Assembly: GCF_006345805.1 (NCBI RefSeq)
Contig: NC_043002.1
Coordinates: 29,202,001 to 29,266,000 of the forward strand
Source: Octopus sinensis
Lineage: Eukaryota
Direction: 5' to 3'
Length of the DNA: 64,000 nt
Part shown: positions 11,961 through 25,680 of the stretch, piece after piece
Layout of the letters: the number at the start of each line of letters is the position of its first letter
How positions within the stretch are numbered: position 1 is the stretch's first letter
The notes under the pieces: model-generated
Database searches by the model: none
The model's input: only the letters and a program-made list of their open reading frames with translations
Told to the model about the DNA's origin: nothing
Translations under genes and position numbers: made by a program

Positions 11961-13565
11961 AACATAAAAAATGAGACTGTAAATGGATGGTCAATGATTA
12001 AGAGAGACAACATAAAGAGAAATAGTAAAGTAATATACAGGACGAGAAAAGAAGAGAGAAAGATTGAAAGAGAGAAAAGGAGCGAGAGAGGGGGGAGAAG
12101 AGAGAGAATTAAGTTGCAGGTAAACAGGATGAAAGATATACAGTAAGGTGTAAGTAGAATAAGAAAAGGAGAGAGAGAGGGAGAGATAGAGTCTGTTCGT
12201 GAGTGTTAGTAAGGGAGAAGCGTCTGAGAAAACGGAGGAAATACAGTTTAGATTGAACCAGCGAATGAATATGGAGACAATTACAAGTTATATGAGAGAC
12301 GAGAGAGGGGAAGAATTAAAGGAGAGATCGTGAAAGAGAGAAAAGAAGAGAAGAATGAAAATGTTGTTAGTGTAAGAAAGTGTACAGGAGAGGGTGTAAA
12401 GGAGAAAGGGAGAGAGAAAATGAGAAAGGAAGAAAAGAGCAGGGAGCCACAGGGAGAGAGGAAGGACCAATGGCTAAAAAGAGGAGAGAGGCAAAGTAAG
12501 TAGTTCGGAATTAGGAAGGGAAGTATGAGAGATGTGAAGAAACAGGGAGACAAAGATATATAGAGATAATGGGAAAGAGAGAGAGATAGAGAGAGGGGAG
12601 AGAGAGATAGAGAAAGAAAGAAAGGAAGAAAGAAAGGAAGAGAGGACAGAGAGAAAGAGAGAGAAGGACAGAGAGAGTTTAAATGTGATAGGGATGTCGT
12701 GAGATATAGTTAGTAACTGGAAGGAAAGCGTGTGTGTATGTGAGTAAATGTATGAATTATATATATATAATATGGATATTCACGGACATACATACACATT
12801 GATGTATGTTTGTGTGTAAGTTTATATATAGAATATGTAAGAATATATACATGTATATATATACATGTATATTATAGGTGTGTATGCGATACGTTTATAA
12901 ATATACAAGCATACACAAGTGCTGCATACATATAGACGTTCACACAAACCCACACATGTACTCAAAGACACACGCATATACGCACACACACACACACTTG
13001 CATATATGCAGACATACACGCACGTTCGAATATATATATTGATGGAGAGTGAATATTTGAACAGAAAAGGGAAAATGGAAAATTAAGAAACACAACTGAA
13101 CAGAAACAGAAAAGAAACACTAAAAGAAAAAGCAAGCATTTAGGATGGAGAGAGGAAAAAGAGAGGAAGATGAATAAGAGAGTGAGAGACAGAGAGAAGA
13201 GAAAGGAGAGAGAGAGAGAGAAGGAATGGTGAGAGAGAGAAGGGAAAAGGGTGGGGTGAGAAAGAAAGGGGAGAGAATGAGGTGGAAAACTTATCGTCTG
13301 GCAATTTTCGTATAAAACGATTAAAGAATATTGTTCATAATAATGGCCCCCATTGCTTGATGGAAATAGTGTTGAAGTGTGAAAGACTTGACAACGGCCA
13401 ATAATAAGCTTGGCCAGACCATCTGAGTAGCCAGTCGTAAAGGTGAAAAAAATTTGCCGTATCACCATAAATATTACAGTCGGCCATCATATTAGCTGCA
13501 ACAGTGACACGCTCACCATTTTCTATGGTACCCTTGATGACCATTTCGAATGCATAAAGCCACAA

Positions 13566-13639
<74 letters not shown>

Positions 13640-13712
13640 TGGTGTGTGCGTTGCGTGTATGTATGTATTATGCACCTATTAATGTATGTTTGAGTATATA
13701 TATTTATGTATA

Positions 13713-13776
<64 letters not shown>

Positions 13777-14447
13777 GCATTTGTTTGTGCATGTTATGCT
13801 ATGTGTATATATTTATATCTGCGCAAACACGAATGTATACCTGTATATGCACGTATATATGTAATGTATATATATATACATACATATATATATATATAAA
13901 TATATATACATACATATACATATATATATATATATGTATACATATATATATACATATATATATATGTCAGTATGCACGTGCGTATTTATGAATGTATGTA
14001 AGCATATATGCATGTTCCTATGTATGAACGCAAGTATGTATGTGTGTCTGTATGTATATACATACACACACACACACGCGCGCACACATATATGAAACAA
14101 TGTATTTATGTGTGCATGTATGTATTGAAATTTGCTGGTATGTGTTTATGTGGACATCTATATATTCATATACTTAAATGCACATATAAATATATTCACG
14201 TGAGTGTGTGTTTGCGCACGCACGCTCAGCCGTCTCTGAATAAGTGTGAAAACGTATTGTCCAAATTTCGCCACGTCATAATTCTACAATTATAGAGAGA
14301 CAGGCAGCAGATGTAAAATGAACACACATACTTACACACACATACACACCACCCCGTATGTATATAAATATGCATGTGTGTGTATGTGAAGATATATATG
14401 TATATATATAATGTATATATAATATATATATATATAATATATATATA

Positions 14448-14480
<33 letters not shown>

Positions 14481-15240
14481 AAGAGAGAGGAGAGTGATCG
14501 GGGAGGGAGGGGAGAGAGAGAGAGAGATATAGGTTGATAGAAATATTGCTCACGAGAACTGTTACAGAACAGAATATTCGATGCTTTCTCCTGAATATTC
14601 TCGAGTCCGCGTCACCTCTTCAGACCAATTTTTACATATAATTTTTCTTTGTATTGGTACATTTCATTTATACATATACATATTTTCCTCTATATCTGTC
14701 TCTGTCTGTCTACCTGTCTGTCTTTGTCTCTCTCTCCCGCTTTATATAAATTTAAACACACACACAAACACACTCACACACACATATATATAGTCCAAAT
14801 TTACTGAAAACAAAAGACGAAGACAGGTGAAGGAACAACAAGCTGGTGTAATTGTTTGACGCCCGGGAGACTGGAAATGCTTTTGACGTTCGATACAAAC
14901 CCAGTAGTCTAGAGGGAGAGCATAAATCGATTACATCAACACTAGTGCACCAGTGGTATTTATTTTACCGACCTCGGAATTCTGAGTGGAATTTCACATA
15001 GAAGCTTGTTGTTAAAGAGGCGATTTTGGAATGGTCGAAAGCAGATTATTTCGTTAGAGCATCAAGTAAAATGCTTTGCTATATTTCTTTCAACTCTTCA
15101 TGGTCAGAGTTCAAAACCTGCCAGGATTTCCTTCCGGGATCGATTCAATGAATTATCAATCCAGTACTTCAAATGATTATGCAAAGGCACATGGTTCGGT
15201 TGTTAGCGTGTTGCATTCATAGTATAAAAACTGTAGCTGT

Positions 15241-15640
15241 ATTATTCTTTTCTGGGCACAAAGTCCGATATTTTTCGGGAAGTGAGGGCCAGTCGATTAG
15301 ACTGACACCAGTATGTAACTGGTACTTAATTTATCGACCACAAAAGGATGAAAGGCAAAGTCGACCTCGGCGGGATTTGAACTCAGAACGTAACGGCAGA
15401 CGAAATACCTATTTCTTTATTACCCACAAGGGGCTAAACATAGAGGGGACAAACAAGGACAGACATGGGTATTAAGTCGATTACATCGACTCCAGTGCGT
15501 AACTGGTACTTATTTTATCGACCCCGAAAGGATGAAAGGCAAAGTCGACCTCGGCGGAATTTGGACTCACAACGTAACGACAAACGAAATACGGCTACGC
15601 ATTTCGCCCGGCGTGCTAAAGTTTCTGCCAGCTCGTCGCC
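15241..15640 (-). mobile_element. SINE family A, full copy plus 5'-truncated tandem copy
   Basis: Reverse complement of the 3678-type SINE; junction aagaaata|ggtatttcgtctgccg on the minus strand at ~15410. Confidence 0.9.
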
Positions 15641-15713
15641 ATAAAAACTATATTTGTATTGTCCGACGTATATATTATGATTTATTGTTCCTGAATAAGT
15701 CTAAAATTATTTA

Positions 15714-15878
15714 ACTTTTATCCTGTACTTGTGCCAGTCACTGGACTGCGGCTATGCTGGGGCACAGCTTTGAAGAAATTTAGTTCAAGCAAATTGACCC
15801 TAATACTTATTTTCTTTTAAGCTTGCTATTCATACTATCGATATCTTTTTGCCGCAAGCGACTGTAGGGACAAACACA

Positions 15879-15938
<60 letters not shown>

Positions 15939-16535
15939 TTACACACACACACATATATAACAGAAATGTTATAATTTCTAAATCTCTCTAAAGGAGAGAT
16001 ACAGCAGCAATACTGGGTATTAATATTTATTGCCAAACTAACGTGGCGGTCCAGAGAATTAGGACGAATACTGCTGTTAATTAGCTCCGAGAGGCGTTTA
16101 CCTCTAGCTAGCCATATGACGCACAAATCTTCGTCCATAAAATTTCAAACAGGGGAGGTCATAAACTCTCACTTGCTGGCTTGGCAACCACTGAACGGTT
16201 TCGGAGTAGTTGCCCGTTATCAATGTGTATGCAGATTTTGGCGTCATATAGCTAGCTACAGGCGATTGCCTCTTGGATCTAATCAACAGCAGCATTGGTC
16301 CAATGTCTCTGGACTGCTACGTTAGCTTGGCAATAAATATTAATATATATATATATACATACATGACATGGTTTCGTTCAGCCTCTGTCTAGCAAATCCA
16401 CTCACAAAGTTTGGTCGGCCGGACGCTATAGTAGAAGACATTTGCTCAAGGTGCAGCACAGTGGGACTGAACCAGGAACCATGTGGTTTCATGTGGATGG
16501 GAAGCAAACTTCCTGCCACAAAGCCACGCCTACTC
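15714..16535 (-). mobile_element. SINE family B, split by an insertion in its internal microsatellite
   Basis: 3' half at 15714-15882 and 5' half at 16365-16535, both matching the reverse complement of 5159-5530. Confidence 0.75.
16018..16345. mobile_element. MITE-like foldback with ~112-bp terminal inverted repeats
   Basis: 16018-16130 is the diverged reverse complement of 16233-16345 (tattaatatttattgccaa.ctaacgt.gc.gtccagaga...tagctagc.atatgacgc); ~100-bp spacer; TA ends. Confidence 0.75.
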
Positions 16536-16629
16536 ATTTTCATTTCCTTACTTTTTCTTCAAAAGATGTTTTAATTTTCTTTGACGTCTTCCGTCTTATA
16601 TTTTCAAGACTAATATACATATATACGTA

Positions 16630-17045
16630 AGGTGGTTTGCTGGCAGAATCGTTAGCATGTCCGGGCGAAATGCGTAGTGGCACTTTGTATGTCTTTACAT
16701 TCTCAGTTTAAATTCTGCCGAGGTCAGCTTTGTCTTTCATCTTTTCGGGATCGATAAATTAAATACCAGTTGCGTACTGGGGTCGATCTAATCGATTGGC
16801 CCCCTCAGACCAAATTTCAGGCCTTGTGCCTAGAGTAGAAAAGAATCGTTAGCATGCCGGGCAAAATTCTTAGCGGCATTTTGTCCGTCTTTGCGTTCTG
16901 AGTTCAAATTCCACCGAGGCCCACTTTGTCTTACATCATTTGGGGGACGATAAATTAAGTACCAGTTGAGCACTAGGGAACAATGTAACCGACTTGACCT
17001 CATCCCTGAAACTGCTGTCCTCGTACAAATATTTGAAATCATTAA
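16630..17045 (+). mobile_element. SINE family A dimer (older, alternative 3' tail ggccttgtgcc)
   Basis: Two consecutive diverged copies joined at agaat|cgttagc (~16845). Confidence 0.85.
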
Positions 17046-17444
17046 TCATACATGCAACGTTGTATACATACACGCACACACACACACGCACCACACACAC
17101 ACACACACATGCTCACGTATGTACTTGAACATTAGATAATTTTTATAACAGTGATGAGAGGAACGGGGTGATAGAAGAAATTAATTATGTTTTACATACT
17201 GCAAACATTATCTGGAATAGAACTTAATATGTTCTGTAGAGTGTCGATAGTTAAACATTTATCACATATCGTTGATAGATTTTTTGTGAGTTTCACATTT
17301 AGCAAGAACCTTCAGTTGTGAACACCTAGCCATGGTTGAAACACGGAATAGAGAGCTAATCTTGATATAATAAATATATATGCATGCATCCATTCATCCA
17401 TGCACGTGTGAACATACACACATGCATGTATATATATATGTCAC

Positions 17445-17622
17445 CATGATAGATCGTTAGCCACTACTCACATTTTTTTCTCTCCTTGTGTCTCTCCTTG
17501 TTTTTTCTGTAGAAGAGCGTAGGTTCGAAACATAAAGGACTTTTTCTATTCCTGAGCGTTACTAATACATCTGTTCGCTTTGTACACCACCTGTCTTCGT
17601 CTTTTGTCTTTTTCGTAAACTC
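17445..17622 (+). mobile_element. Hammerhead-bearing ~180-bp unit (family C), decayed core
   Basis: CTGTAGA-AGAGC-gtag-GTTC-GAAAC-ATA at 17507-17534; body matches 45525-45700 and the reverse complement of 30660-30862. Confidence 0.8.
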
Positions 17623-17659
17623 TTCTCTCTCTCTCTCTCTCTCTTTATATATATATATA

Positions 17660-17890
17660 TATTTCTTTACTACCCACAAGGGGCTAAACACAGAGGAGAC
17701 AAACAAGGACAGACAAACGGATTAAGTCGATTACATCGACCCCAGTGCGTAACTGGTACTTAATTTATCGACCCCGGAAGGATGAAAGGCAAAGTCGACC
17801 TCGGCGGAATTTGAACTCGGAACGTAACGGCAGACGAAATACGGCAACGCATTTCGCCCGGCGTGCTAACGTTTCTGCCAGCTCGCCGCC
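17660..17890 (-). mobile_element. SINE family A, full copy
   Basis: High similarity to the reverse complement of 3678-3908; an 18-bp head duplication follows at ~17894-17911. Confidence 0.9.
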
Positions 17891-18222
17891 TTTACGTTTC
17901 TGCCAGCTCGCCTCTTTATATATATATATATATATACACACACATATATACATACATATATATATACATATATACATATATTCATATATACATATATATA
18001 TATACATACATATATAGTCTTTGTGACTATGGTTATCTGTGTGTGTGTTTGTGTGTCGGTTCTCCCTATAATTGTATACCTTATGTATATATATATATAT
18101 ATAGGTATATATATAATGTATGTACACACATATATGTATATATATACATATATATGTATATATATACTTACATAATATATATATATACGCACATATGTAC
18201 ATATCTATCTATCTATCTATCT

Positions 18223-18275
<53 letters not shown>

Positions 18276-18579
18276 TTCTGAATATTAAATAGACTGAGAG
18301 GCAGACCGACAGTTTGCTAGTTAGCCTTCTTGGTCTTAAATCGCTGTTATTTCTAGCATCTTATTTCTCTTCTCTACATTTGTTTTTTACATTTTCCTTG
18401 TCCAAATATGACTTCCTTCCACTGCACTCTGCACTTCTTAAAACATATTTTGCCTTCTCTTTATGTCGTATTTCACTATTCTACCTATTTCTCCTTTCTG
18501 CATCTTCTTTATTCCTTCTTTTGTCTCGTTCTTACTCTCTTTATTTCTATCTACATATCTATCTTTCCTTCTTTCTATT

Positions 18580-18995
18580 TTTGTTCTTTCTTTCTTTCGT
18601 TCTTTCTTCTCTCGTTTTTCTTTCTCTCGTTCTTTCTTTCTCTTGTTTTCCCCCTTTCTCTCTTTCTTTCCTTCTCACGTGCTTTCTTTCATTGATTCTT
18701 TCTTTCTCACGTGCTTTCTTTCATTTTTTCTTTCTCGCGTTTATTTCTTTCGTTTCTTTCATTCTCTCGTTTCTTTTTTTATTTCTGCCTTTGTTTCTCT
18801 CGTTTTCTTTCTCTCGTTCTTTCTTTCTCTTGTTTTCCCCCTTTCTCTCTTTCTTTCCTTCTCACGTGCTTTCTTTCATTGATTCTTTCTTTCTCACGTG
18901 CTTTCTTTCATTTTTTCTTTCTCGCGTTTATTTCTTTCGTTTCTTTCATTCTCTCGTTTCTTTTTTTATTTCTGCCTTTGTTTCTCTCGTTTCTT
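18580..18995. repeat. Pyrimidine-rich tandem repeat, ~187-bp unit, ~2.2 copies, within a long CT-rich tract
   Basis: Markers ctcgttctttctttctcttgttttccccc at 18626 and 18813; gcctttgtttctctcgttt at 18788 and 18974. Confidence 0.85.
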
Positions 18996-19752
18996 TCTTT
19001 CTTTCTCAATTTTTTCTCTCTTAATTCTTTCCCCCTTTCTTTCTCTTTTTCCCTCTTTCTTTCTCACTTTCTGTTTTCTCTCTTTTCCTCTTTCTTTCTC
19101 GCTTTCTGTTTTCTGTCTTTCTGTCTTTCTGTCTTTCTGTCTTTCTCCTTTTTCCTTTCTTTCTTTCTGTCTGTCTTTCTTTCTTTCTTTCATTCCTTTT
19201 TTCTTAGTTTTTTTTCTTTCTCTTGTTCTTTCTTTTTTCCTTCTTTATTTCTCACGTTCTTTCTGTTTTCTGTCTTTCTTTCTTTGTTTCTTCGTTTCCT
19301 TCTTTAAATTCTTCCTTTCTCATTATCTTCCACCCTGTGTGTTCTCCCCCCCACCCCCACCCATCTATGTCTTACCGCTATCATATTCCTATCATCATTA
19401 TCACTATCTACTTTACACCTGTAATCAATGCTTGCAAACGTTCTTCAAATATCTTTACAGTTTCACGCAGGCAACAGAATGTAATGGAAACTCCCACATG
19501 GGGCTTCGATTAAACATGTGGGCTTGAAGATGTCTGCAATGAGTGTGGCGGCGTGAGGGGAGATATTACAATTCCCCGGCAGCCTGTAACACATACAAAC
19601 AAACACATTCACAGACGCACGCAAGTTCACACACACAAACACGTACACAAGAACAAACAAGGTCATATACTTAGACAACGGGACACATACATATGGAATC
19701 CCAACAATACGCATTGAAATACAAAGGCGTATTGAAGCACACATACACAGAG

Positions 19753-19785
<33 letters not shown>

Positions 19786-20774
19786 CTTACATACACACAT
19801 GCATACATACATATACATACACATATACAGATACTCACACACAGACAATACAGAGTGAAACACGATTCAGATACAAATACGCATTAATTCACCTTCTCAT
19901 GCACATATGCACAAACTAATATAGGGATGTTGGACTGAAGCGTGGCACAATTTCCTTTAATATAAAATGCTTCTAAACCTTATTTTCAATTGATATTTCA
20001 CACACTAAAGTACATAGAATCATATACCTAGAATGAGCAAGAAAATCTGTTGTTTTTGCTGCAGGGGATTCCAACAGCCTCTTACAAATGCGACATTGTA
20101 AAATTATACGTTCAGAGTTATGTTATAAAACATTTAATCTATGCAATACCCTGCTATTTTGATATGAATACACCGAAACAGATTAATGAGGCGGTATTTT
20201 TCTGAGAATATATATATGTATATATATTTGTATGTGTGTGTGTGTATTGTATTTCTATCTTAATTTTCTGGATTCTTCAAATAATAAAAAAAAAGAGAAC
20301 TGGTTTATTTCTAACAAAAATGCAAGCTACGTCGCTGGAATTCAGCTACCAACCGCACTAATGAATTACATGTTAAATTTTGGAATACTTTTGCATATTT
20401 CTGCTGCCATGTTTACAAATTGAATTTGCTGTATGTGTGTTAACGAGTTCTTTTAACCGTTTTAGTGTCTTCGACCGCAGTTTTTTCATGTTATTATTAC
20501 AGTACTTCAATAATATAACCAACTGAACTAATGGTTATTAGTACAAATAAAATTTTATTATCTCAACAGGGGCGACATAAGTTGCGATATAGCTCTCCAT
20601 TAAAATTGTTTAGTTACCTATATTTACTGAAATCTTCCTCTTTGCGGAGCAACTGACTCCGATAACAATACACAACGTTGCTCATCAGATCTATTTCGTC
20701 TCTATATAACTCAGCTTTTGATGGAAACGTTCCCACTAATATTCCGTCCGTTTAAATGTATGTATGAATGTATG

Positions 20775-23581
20775 TATGACTCTTGTAATTTTTTTAATTA
20801 TTACAAATCTTCCACTGAGGAGGTAGCTGGTCTCCATCAAAGATACTATGCTCCACTTTTGGGATGTAGTTAACACAGACAAATTCATATTTGGAACTTG
20901 AGAAAAGTCTTGCATATTATTACTGTTCCACTCACAGACTGCACTTGTAATCTACAAATCAACCGGTCAGTTTCTCTTTCTGAAAATCCTAGTTTATCCA
21001 GATTCTCCTTTAAGTATTTACTAACAAAACCTAGTGCTCCATTTATTATTGGTATGAATATGAATTCACTGTCTGAACATAGAAGCTGGAGGTTTCGAAG
21101 CAGTTTTCCTTAGATATCCTCTTCAAAGAGATATTTATATTTGCAGGGTAGCTAACGTCTATGATGGTACATATCTTTGCCCCTCTCTCCCAAACAACAA
21201 TATCGAGCATGTTATGCTTACATTTGACAGAAGTTTTTATGGGAATATTCCACCAGTATTCCTTAAGTTGGTGTTTATGAATGTGTCCATAACAGAGTCT
21301 TTTTTGCGAATGGCATTGTAAATTGTATTAGCAACAACATCGTGCTGCATAGGAGGTTGAACCGTGACGACATTTTAGGACAGCCGCTAATGATATGCGT
21401 AATGTCTTCCACAGAAACATGACATAGCCTACACATGCGGTTGCACCTTGGGATTACAAAAGCGTCACTGTCTCTCTTGTTCATCAAACACTTTGTGGCA
21501 ATCTCCTGTTCGTGGATTGCAAACACATAACCTTCAAAGCGTGACGTGATGTAGTGGTCTTGGGTAAATTCTACTGTCTTCTTCAAGCTTCGAGACAACA
21601 TACCCATGCATGGTCTTTTTTTCGTTTGCTTGTGAGTGCTTTCCATCCAGGTATTCTCTGGGGTAAGAGAACCCAGTTGTTTTGGGGCTGTATAGGAGAT
21701 CACCAGGAAGAGGGTGTTTCTTGAGGAGTTCTCTGCCAACTCGTACAATTTTGCTGACTTCACATTTCAAGACTGCATTAATATATTTATTTTTGCTGCT
21801 GCTGTTGTATAGCATATGCTGCATGAGTGATACCATACGGCATTCGAAGACCGTCTGCATTGATCTCAGGCCTTTACCACCTTCATTTCTTCTTAGGTAG
21901 AGCCTGTCAGCATCACTGTTTCTGTAGAAGTTCCCAGTTGTCAGTATTTCGCCGGTTTAGCACATCTCCACACTCCCTTCTTTCCACCAGCCTGTTCATC
22001 AATCACAATGCTGTTCGACTCACAATGGTCCTGGAAGAATTGGTTGAGGCAACTTACGTAAAGTTTGCACATAATGTTTAGGTAAGCAATGGGCCTATAG
22101 TTTCCTGCCATCTCGGCAACAAGATTTGTACTTGCTGTAGTAAGTCAATGTGGTATATCGGTCCTTTTGAATGTACATATCGATTGGTTTCTATAAAATG
22201 TCAACTTCTTGTACCAATATCCAACTATTAGGTCCCTTCTAGGTGCCTTCTCGTTCTGCACTTTGCCTACTACTATATCGAAGGTTTCTGCATCAACGTT
22301 TTTGTGTTTTACTGTTATTGTTGGTACAGTATTCTCTCTCAGTTGTTTTTAACCATAATGCATCCAGGTTGAAATCCCTCTTTTCACTCCAAGTTTTTGG
22401 CCAGAATGATTGTAGATCTTCTTAGGAAGGGGCTTTCTTAACGGTAATATTTTCCTTCCTCATCTCTAAGTACAATGCTTGTGGGTTGGAAGCAAACTTG
22501 CGATTGATACTGGTTCGCTCAAAAATTCGCTTGTGATAGCGGAGTTTCTCGCTCATCGTCCTGAGTTCATGTATTAAAGTTATTAGCTTACCCTCAAGAG
22601 CTCGGTGTGAAGAGTCGCCATAAGGTTTCATCAATTTTTGTCTAAGGTGAGTTGGTGAGGTGTAAACTCATTTCTCTCCTTACACTTTATTGTTGTAGTT
22701 AACCATCCAATATGACGGCACACATTGTTGATGTTTTCTTCAAGTTTTCCGTTTAGTAATTTGATTACTTTGTTCACTGTAGATTTCTCCAAAATGTTCT
22801 TTAAGAGTAATATCGGCTTTGTATATCACAGTAATGATTTTCCAGTAATTAACATAACCTGATTCCATGTTCTCTCCAGGAACATCATTGATAACTTTAA
22901 AAATTAGATCCGTCGGATTTTAATTTTAAAATGTTTTTGAGTTGGATGTATTCCACTGGGATACTCTCGAATTTAGCGATGGCGGGAGCGATGGTTTGTT
23001 TACATTATTTTTTACGCTGCTTCTGTCAGATTTTGACCGATTTTCAATGTTTTAGGAGGATCAAGGACCAGTTGATTTGTTTTTTTACAAAAGATACTTC
23101 TTGTCGGAGCTGTTTCGCCGTGAAGGTATTTAAGTTGGGATGAGCTTCGTTCAAGTATTATTTTAACCGCTTCATGTATCCGATTGAAGGGTCATCTCGG
23201 GCTTTTGTATATCACCGCAGTAGATCCTGGTTTAGTTGTTGAGTCCAAGTAAAATGAGAAGAGTACTTACGCCTTCTTAAATAACTTACTGGTGAAGTAG
23301 TTCAGCTTCCATGGGTGGTGACGTTGTTAGTTTCATCTGTGGTGGTGTTAATTTCAGCCATAATCGTGTTAGCGAAATTCCACGTGGTGTAGTTGTATAT
23401 TTTAAAATTTGTTCAGGATAGCGCTACGATGGCGAGTAAAAGGTGTTCTCTAGTTAATTAATGGAGAAATAAACCAGTTATCAATTTAGGCTGGAGAAGT
23501 CAGCATATTTCTAGAGGAAGGCGTTCAAAACAGACTTTTTAAACGGTCCTCTATACCTACACGTCCGATGTTGACGGCACC

Positions 23582-23582
<1 letters not shown>
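20775..23582 (-). mobile_element. R4/Dong-type RLE non-LTR retrotransposon, degenerate, RT core deleted
   Basis: N-terminal FTWTQQLNQDLL..YTKARDDPSIGYMKRL; RT start NYRPIAYLNIMCKL...DEQAGGKKGVWRC, joined near 21960 to DRLYLRRNEGGKGL; CCHC knuckle CRLCHVSVEDITHIISGC (21380-21433); RLE region WWNIPIKT...KHNMLDIVVW and RLQVQSVSGTV. Confidence 0.88.
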
Positions 23583-23613
<31 letters not shown>

Positions 23614-23951
23614 TGTAGTATGTATGTGTGTGTGTATGTTTGAGTGAGTATGTATGTACGTATGTATGTATTCATAAATACATGTATTCCATTTCCCAAA
23701 TATTTCCTATAATTTTCCGAGCACAGTTTTACCAAATGATGGTATTGTTTATTGTTTTATCACTTACATGAAGACCTCTTCGCAGGCGGCAAACTAGCAG
23801 AATGCCTAGAGGCATTTCGTCCGTCTTCAAATTCCGCTGAGGTGGACTTTACCTTTCACTCCACCTTTGCCCATTGATTAATACAGTTGTTTTTAGTTGT
23901 AGAACTGTACATTTTTCACAAAGTGGACTCAACACTTCAAATATAAATTAT

Positions 23952-24042
23952 TCCCTGAAGAGGGAGGCTGGTGTTATCCGATGACGGAATCAAGTTACAA
24001 TTATTATATTAGATCCCCAAGCCACCAGAAACAGCTATTGGG
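23952..24042 (+). ncRNA. Decayed type I hammerhead with long stem II (PLE pLTR relic)
   Basis: CUGAAGA (23955-23961); stem II GGAGGCUGG/CCAAGCCACC; GAAACAGCU followed by AUU instead of GUH; stem I UCC/GGG. Confidence 0.55.
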
Positions 24043-24201
24043 CTCGTAAATCTTTTATTCAACCCCTTCAATATCAGATATAATTTCCATTCTGTGCCAG
24101 TCGGACTGTTTATATGTATACATACGTACATTTTTTTGCATTAAATGTATTTAATATTTTTTGTATATCAATTTGCGTGACTTACCTGTCCTTACATTTA
24201 C

Positions 24202-24241
<40 letters not shown>

Positions 24242-24329
24242 GAAAAAAGATTAGAGATCTGTACAAATCAAATTTTTATATATAAAAAAGATTGAGGTGG
24301 AAATAGCACAGAATTAAGTTTAATATATA

Positions 24330-24429
24330 NNNNNNNNNNNNNNNNNNNNNNNNNNNNNNNNNNNNNNNNNNNNNNNNNNNNNNNNNNNNNNNNNNNNNNN
24401 NNNNNNNNNNNNNNNNNNNNNNNNNNNNN
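24330..24429. other. Assembly gap (100 N)
   Basis: Run of N; 100 is a common placeholder length, so the true distance is unknown. Confidence 1.
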
Positions 24430-24461
<32 letters not shown>

Positions 24462-24664
24462 TGGGATAGAGAGCGGAAAAAAACCTTCTTATGATTCTTG
24501 ATGGTTTCAGAGTATGTAATTTTGTTGGTCAGGTAGTGCCATTTCTACGGTCAATTTCTCCATCATTAAGAAAGCGATTTCTTTGATATAATTTACCTTT
24601 GAACATTTTCTTATCTTCTCAGCATTTTTTGTATGGTAATAATATATATATATATATATATACA

Positions 24665-24722
<58 letters not shown>

Positions 24723-25459
24723 TACATATATAAAATATATATATAATATATATATATACATATATAAAATATATATATGTACAAATACATATATATATGT
24801 CCATATATATGTATGTATCCATCTATATATATATATTTATATGCATATATATATATATGTATGCATACATGCTTGCGTACATACCTACCTACATACATAT
24901 ATACATACATACATACATACATACATACATACATACATACATACATACATACATACATACATACATACATACATACAAGATATCTTGCGAGGCAATTAGG
25001 TGATAAGACATCTACCCTACGACAAACGATCGTTTTCGATGACGAAGAATCGTGATATATATATTAAGCAAATCATATTTTTAGCGACACAGCGAAACGG
25101 AATCTAATGTAATTCTTGACTCTCTAATCCGAGTGATAGACATGTTTGCAAACATCTGTCAGTTTTTAATGATCGTCCTCATCATCGTTCGTAGAAATTC
25201 CTGCGTCATGCCGTACTTTTGAAGTCCGCAGAGTGTTCTTTCAGAGACAGAAATAATTGTTAACTCTTTTACCAAACATCGCTAACGCGTAATTCATGTT
25301 GAGAAATTGGTGGGGGGGCGGGGGGCGGTGATGGTTGCAGTTTTGTTAGTGTGGCTTTTCAGCGTAATGATTTTGATAGCGGATTGTTGATGTGTGAGAG
25401 TGGAAAAGAACAGGCCGGTATGTGGGGATATACGGAGTAATTGAGGAACGTCTCATGTA

Positions 25460-25508
<49 letters not shown>

Positions 25509-25621
25509 CGCATATATATATATAAGCGCATATATATATATAAGTGCATACATATATAAGTGTATATATATATATGTATATATATAATATATAAGTGCAT
25601 ACATATATAAGTGTATATATA

Positions 25622-25680
<59 letters not shown>

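Noticed and set aside
11104-12013. Longest ORFs (296 and 264 aa, L/S/F-rich)
   Set aside because: CT-rich tandem repeat that lacks stop codons by composition.
14555-14628. Minus-strand CTGAAGA followed by a long hairpin (gaatattc/gaatattc)
   Set aside because: No GAAA or cleavage triplet follows; at best a truncated hammerhead.
23355-23582. HDV-like ribozyme expected at the 5' end of R4-type elements (ccacgtgg...gctaa)
   Set aside because: Could not build the P1/P2/P4 pairings by eye.
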